Shown: one piece after another, positions 55,850-64,000 of the stretch
Layout: each line of letters begins with the position of its first letter
How positions within the stretch are numbered: the first letter of the stretch is position 1
Source of the DNA: Camelus dromedarius
Taxonomy: Eukaryota
Assembly: GCF_036321535.1 (NCBI RefSeq)
Contig: NC_087451.1
Span: 27,590,001-27,654,000 of the forward strand
Length of the DNA: 64,000 nt
Direction of reading: 5' to 3'
Made by a program: the position numbers and the translations under genes
The notes under the pieces: generated by a model
Databases searched by the model: none
What the model was told of the DNA's origin: nothing
Seen by the model: only the letters and a program-made list of their open reading frames with translations

Positions 55850-56400
55850 GGACATTCCCACCCAAGGCCTGCATGAGGGACCTGAGAGCATCTGGGGTAG
55901 CCGCAGAGGAGATGCTGCTTTGCTGGGGGATACTTCCAAAACCAGACTCAGCATCTCAGCCTGAATCACAAGCAGAATTCCTAACCCAGCAGGGACCATG
56001 TCCTTAAAGCCGCAGCATCAGCTGGTAAGGAGTGAGCCTGGGACAGTGGGATGGGGGCCCGCTCTGCCGTGCTGAGCCTCCTCTCCCAGTGGAAGCAGCC
56101 CTTCCAGCCCCCTCCCTGGAGCCCAGTCTGGGCCACTTTGCCTGAAGAACCTGAAACCGCCACCCTGAGGTCGCTGCCTTGCAGGGAACCGCTGGTCCTT
56201 CAGAGCACCCAGCCCTCCGCCTCTCCTGCTACAAACCCTCAACCAGACTCAAGTCTCAGGAGGGCCCAGGGGGTGACAGATGCAGTGAGACCCACAAAGG
56301 GCGTGAGGCACACACCAGAGGAACTGCGTGGCCTTGCTGACTTATATCCACAGAAACAGGAGGAAATCGTGTGGAAGGAACAGAAGGTCGCATGAAGCTG
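55850..56400 (+). mobile_element. ERVL/MaLR internal gag-like remnant
   Basis: Translates to ...TRLKSQEGP...VRHTPEELRGLADLYPQKQEEIVWK, resembling ERVL gag TRLKSQQAP...VRYTPKEL.EF.NLY.QK.GE.VWEW. Confidence 0.6.
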
Positions 56401-56852
56401 GCTGTGGGCACACTGAGCAGAGCCACCCATCCTGTGGGTGACTGCAAGCAGCAGGGTTAGGACTCTCCGGTGCGCTCAGTTCGTCACCCAACCTAGACCC
56501 CAGGGTGCAGTCGGGGTTGGCAGGTGTAGGGGGCCAGCCTTGAGCACAGTGTGCCTTGGCCATCACCCAGGGGCACTGGCCCAAGGCTGCAGGGGCCAGC
56601 TCCAGGCCACCTTCCCCCAGCAGCCAGGAAGGGGCATATTACCCACACCAGGGTTTCTTTTTAATTTATTTTCCAAAACCAAGGATGGAGCTTCTGGCTG
56701 GCATCTTTGGGTTGTGGGTGAGGAGGGTGGCCCCTTCCAGGGAGGCAGGTTTCTGTGTACAAGGAAGCAGTGCAAGGCGGCCTGGTGCTGCCTGCCTCGG
56801 GCCAGCCCACACACCACACCCCACTGCCACCCAGCCCACTCCAGCCCAGGCC

Positions 56853-56858
56853 TATAAA
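56853..56858 (+). promoter_or_regulatory. TATA box of CBR2 pseudogene
   Basis: CCTATAAACC, 54 nt upstream of the ancestral ATG at 56907. Confidence 0.7.
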
Positions 56859-56906
56859 CCCTCCACGCCTGCCTCTCCTGTTGGACAGAGGCTTGGAGTT
56901 GGCATC

Positions 56907-58779
<1,873 letters not shown>

Positions 58780-59088
58780 ATGGCGCTGCGCCGGACGGCC
58801 AGGCGGATGACGCTCGGCCCCGCTCCCCGCCCCGCCGCGCTTCTACACCGGGCCCCGCCCCACGCCCGGCCACGCCCCCGGCCCACCCCTCTGCGCCCGC
58901 CACAGGGCCCGCCGCCTGCACCCCACTGCTCGGCTCCACCGGCCTGGGCTCCCCTTCCCGCCCCACTAGCACGCCCCACTTCCAGACCACAGTCCACATT
59001 TCAGGCACCCACACCCGCGCTGCCGTGAGACCCCGCCCCTGTCGCCCCCACCCACTGCGTCTTTTGCGGTGCGGGGTGGATTTGCCTA

Positions 59089-59094
59089 AATAAA
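59089..59094 (+). terminator. PolyA signal of CBR2 pseudogene
   Basis: AATAAA 310 nt after the ancestral stop codon. Confidence 0.7.
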
Positions 59095-59866
59095 CGCAGG
59101 CCATTCTCCTGCAGCCGGCGAGTTCCCTGGGCTCTGGATGGGCTCGCCGCGACGCTGGGGAGGGGAGGGTCGGGGCTGAGGGGCACATTCACCTTCCAAG
59201 AAGTGAGCAGGTGGCCTATTCGAAGCGCACCCCGACACGCCCCCATTCCACCGCTGACCCTGCCTTTGAGCTGACTGGCCGCGATTCCTGGCAAAGGAAG
59301 AGATTCCTCATATCCACGTCCCTGACAAAACACCCAACCAGCTCTGGGCAGAGGACGGAGGGCAGCCTGTGGCCACCTTTCCTGACTGCACCTCTGGCTC
59401 CGTCCCTCAGCCCAGAGTCCTCGCTTTGACTGCTGCCGGCAGCAGAGGGGAGAGGGTCTGAGGAGGGTCTGGGGAGATGCCCTGGACCATAGGCCAGCCC
59501 TAGGGGAGATGGGACTGAACGCTTAGCCTGGGCGTGAGGAGCGGGGTGCTGGACCAGCACAGTTTATCCAACCCTGAGGAACCCAGCTCCACCTTGGGGC
59601 ACACCTTCCCCCACAAGACCACCCACGAGAGGGCAGCCCAAGCTGGGGAGGGGTCCACAGCTGCTGCTGTACCTACTGTCCGTGGCCTGAATCTGGGCAC
59701 AACAGCTCTGCAGCCTGAGCGGCTAGAGGGTCTTGCAGGTAGGGCCTGCTGGGATTCAGTTGTGCTTGCATGGGTCAAGGTCCTGAGTGTCACATGACTT
59801 CTGAGTGTGACGAGGCCTGAGCTGACCAGTCAGCTGGACTGGCACAGTGTCCAACCCTGGGCAAGA

Positions 59867-59920
59867 GGGCAAGGGATGAGGGACTGGGGTGGGGCAAGGG
59901 ATGAGGGACTGGGGTGGGGC
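59867..59920. repeat. 25-bp G-rich tandem duplication
   Basis: GGGCAAGGGATGAGGGACTGGGGTG x2 plus a partial third unit. Confidence 0.9.
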
Positions 59921-61256
59921 CCTCCAGGCACTGGTACCACTGGGCTGGGAGAGCAAAGGGCACGGAGCAAGGGTGAGGAGTGCTGAGGCCACTCTGGCCA
60001 GCTGCAGGGCCTCCTAAATCAAGGTCTGTGCCAAAGTTGGCTTGGGTCAGTCCAGCTGGCTCAGTGAGGAGCACAGACAAGTGAAAGGATCTGGACACCA
60101 TTCCGGGGGCCAGGAAAAGCCAGTGCAGGGACCTGGGCAGATGGGCCTTTCAGGAAGGACAGGCTGGGGGCTGTCTCCCACCCTCAGCCTGGGGCAGGCA
60201 GAGGGCAGGGTCCAAGGTTAGAAGCAGACGGCAGGGTGTGCTGGGTGGCCAGGCGGTGTGGGCTGCACCACAGGGCTAGGTCTGGTAGGGGCTTGTTGGC
60301 TGTCCGCCAGGCGTTTCTCAGATCTGACTCTTGCTGGCCCTGGCCATCCTCTTCTCCAGACTGTCCACCTCTCTGGCCCCAGTGACCCGACCGCCCTGCA
60401 ATCACCAATTCCCTACTCCTGGCCTCAGAAGGTTCTCAGGGCAGTGTTTCTAGACTTTCCCACCATGACCCACAGAACAAAGTAGGTTTTACAGGGGGAG
60501 CCAGCAAATACGTGGACACGGGAGCACACATACATCTGTAACTGACCCTAAAGCTGCAGGGCAATGTTTGCCTCTGCTGTTCACTGTGTACCCCAGTGAC
60601 CCCAAGCCTATCCCCTCCCATCCTACCCATGTTTTTAAAGTGCTTGTGGCCTTCTGTGGGCTGGCCAAGTGAGCTAGAGTTTCAACTCCTTTTGAGGCTA
60701 AAGCCCACGGTCGTTGGTCTTGGCCTCTTCTTCAGGCTTATTGGGTTATCTAAACCCTTGCCCTCTGAGCACTACAAGGGAGCCGGCGTGAGCCACTCCC
60801 AGGTCTGGGGGAGGAAAGCATGCGATCCTTTTCACCAAACTTTTCTTCTCAGAAACAAAACAGAAAATGTTGGCACTGAGTTCTCCATTTCGCGTGTAGT
60901 TACACATTCTTTCTGCTATTAACTACCACACCTGTTTTTTTTCTAATAATCTTGGTAAGGGAAAAATGCTGGCAGGGTCAGCTAAACCAATTTAGCGCCC
61001 CGGGTAGAAGAGTCGCCACCCAGCAGCTTGAAAAACCCCGCCCCAGTGTCCGGCGGGGACCCTCCCCGCCTGCCCCGCCCCGGCCACGCCTACCGATTTC
61101 GACCAATCGCCTCCGTGGGCAGGCTGCTATTTGAATGTCCCCGCCTCCCGCCAGAATACCGCCCTGCGATTGGCCCGCCTCGCCCCGCCCCGCGCCCTCC
61201 TGGACCCCTGGGCTTGCAGTAGGGCGGCCGCAGTGTGCAGGGCTAAGCCGGACCTC

Positions 61257-63037
<1,781 letters not shown>

Positions 63038-63107
63038 GCCCCCTCCACCCACACGTACTCCTGTTCCACGCTGAGCCCACCTTAACCCTCCCCTTCTCCA
63101 TCCTTCC

Positions 63108-63113
63108 AATAAA
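63108..63113 (+). terminator. DCXR polyA signal AATAAA
   Basis: Canonical hexamer 70 nt after the stop codon. Confidence 0.9.
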
Positions 63114-64000
63114 CCTGACTCTTCTGTCCAGCCTGCATGCTGATTCCTAGGCTGCTGTCGAGTGGCTGGAAGACACAGAGCTCAGGGGCTGAGTGTGGGA
63201 GTGAGTCCCAGATAGAGACGCCCATTCAACTCACATCCCAGGCCGGGCGGCAGCCTGGCTCCCCAGCCTGAGGTCTGCAGGCCTGGCTAAGTCCCTGGCA
63301 GGGCTGGGAGATGGAACTTTCCAGAAGGCCAGCTCCTAAGGAGGCTAGTGAATTTGACCAAGGATGGCCTTTGGCCTGGTCCAGAGAGGCCTCTGGGGTG
63401 GAAGCAGTAGTGTTTTGAACACAAACGTTGGCTGGGATTCCTGGAAGTCAGCGCATAAAAGACAGAAGTGAACTGAGGAGGCAGTGTTGGAAAGTCACTA
63501 CTTTGTTGACTTGAGTGACTTCTTTGCTGAATCAGACGATGGTTTTCAACTACTGAGAACATTTCCTCAACTTTTTGAGTTATTCACCATGTACTGAACA
63601 CAGGCACAGCACAAGCTCCAGCTGCAGAATTTGCCCACTTCCATGGTGTAGGTACTCCCACCTGTTTGATGTCCTTGAGGCGGCGCTGGGGAGAGACGGG
63701 AGCACCTCACCTCTGCCTGGTATCCCCACCACGCAGACACAGTAGCTCTAAATGACCCACCCGAAAGCACAGATAATAATGTACAAAAATAATTAGAAAG
63801 TGATGTGCTTTGAGCATTTGTTAAATTGTGTCTTTGATAGAACTAGTTGTAAGTTTATATAATTATTAACAATAGCTGCTTAAAAGCTGGCTAGCAAAAT
63901 TCCTGAGGTTTAGCAGTCGGCTCAGAGACCCACAGTTTGGTAGCAGAGTGTGGCCTTCTCATCATGGGTCTGCCCAGGAGGAGTGGTGCCCTGTGGCCTC

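Noticed and set aside
63480-64000. RAC3 3' end expected by synteny on the minus strand
   Set aside because: No RAC3 coding sequence or clear polyA signal is visible. The AT-rich stretch at ~63780-63930 looks more like an old DNA-transposon remnant, family uncertain.

Overview
GC-rich mammalian euchromatin. The repeated ~115-bp tRNA-Ala-derived SINE (vic-1-like) points to a camelid. The window follows the conserved synteny block CCDC57 (last exon) - FASN - DUS1L - GPS1 (minus) - RFNG - [CBR2] - DCXR. I traced exons by hand from GT-AG junctions and reading-frame continuity. FASN (41 coding exons, 2511 aa), DUS1L (475 aa), GPS1/CSN1 (487/491 aa), RFNG (344 aa) and DCXR (244 aa) are intact. I found no evidence of a wholly new biological system. 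The most notable results are: (1) a lung-type tetrameric carbonyl reductase gene (CBR2) upstream of DCXR that is a decayed pseudogene (stop at codon 2, destroyed splice acceptor, 1-bp frameshift, N107T) but keeps its TATA box and polyA signal; (2) a ~98-bp duplication at 120-bp offset in a GPS1 intron that copies an exon end and its splice donor, creating a possible in-frame 21-nt microexon; (3) absence of the last FASN intron known from human; (4) an 18-bp repeat expansion in the RFNG stem. Family and orthologue assignments rely on recalled sequences, not database searches.
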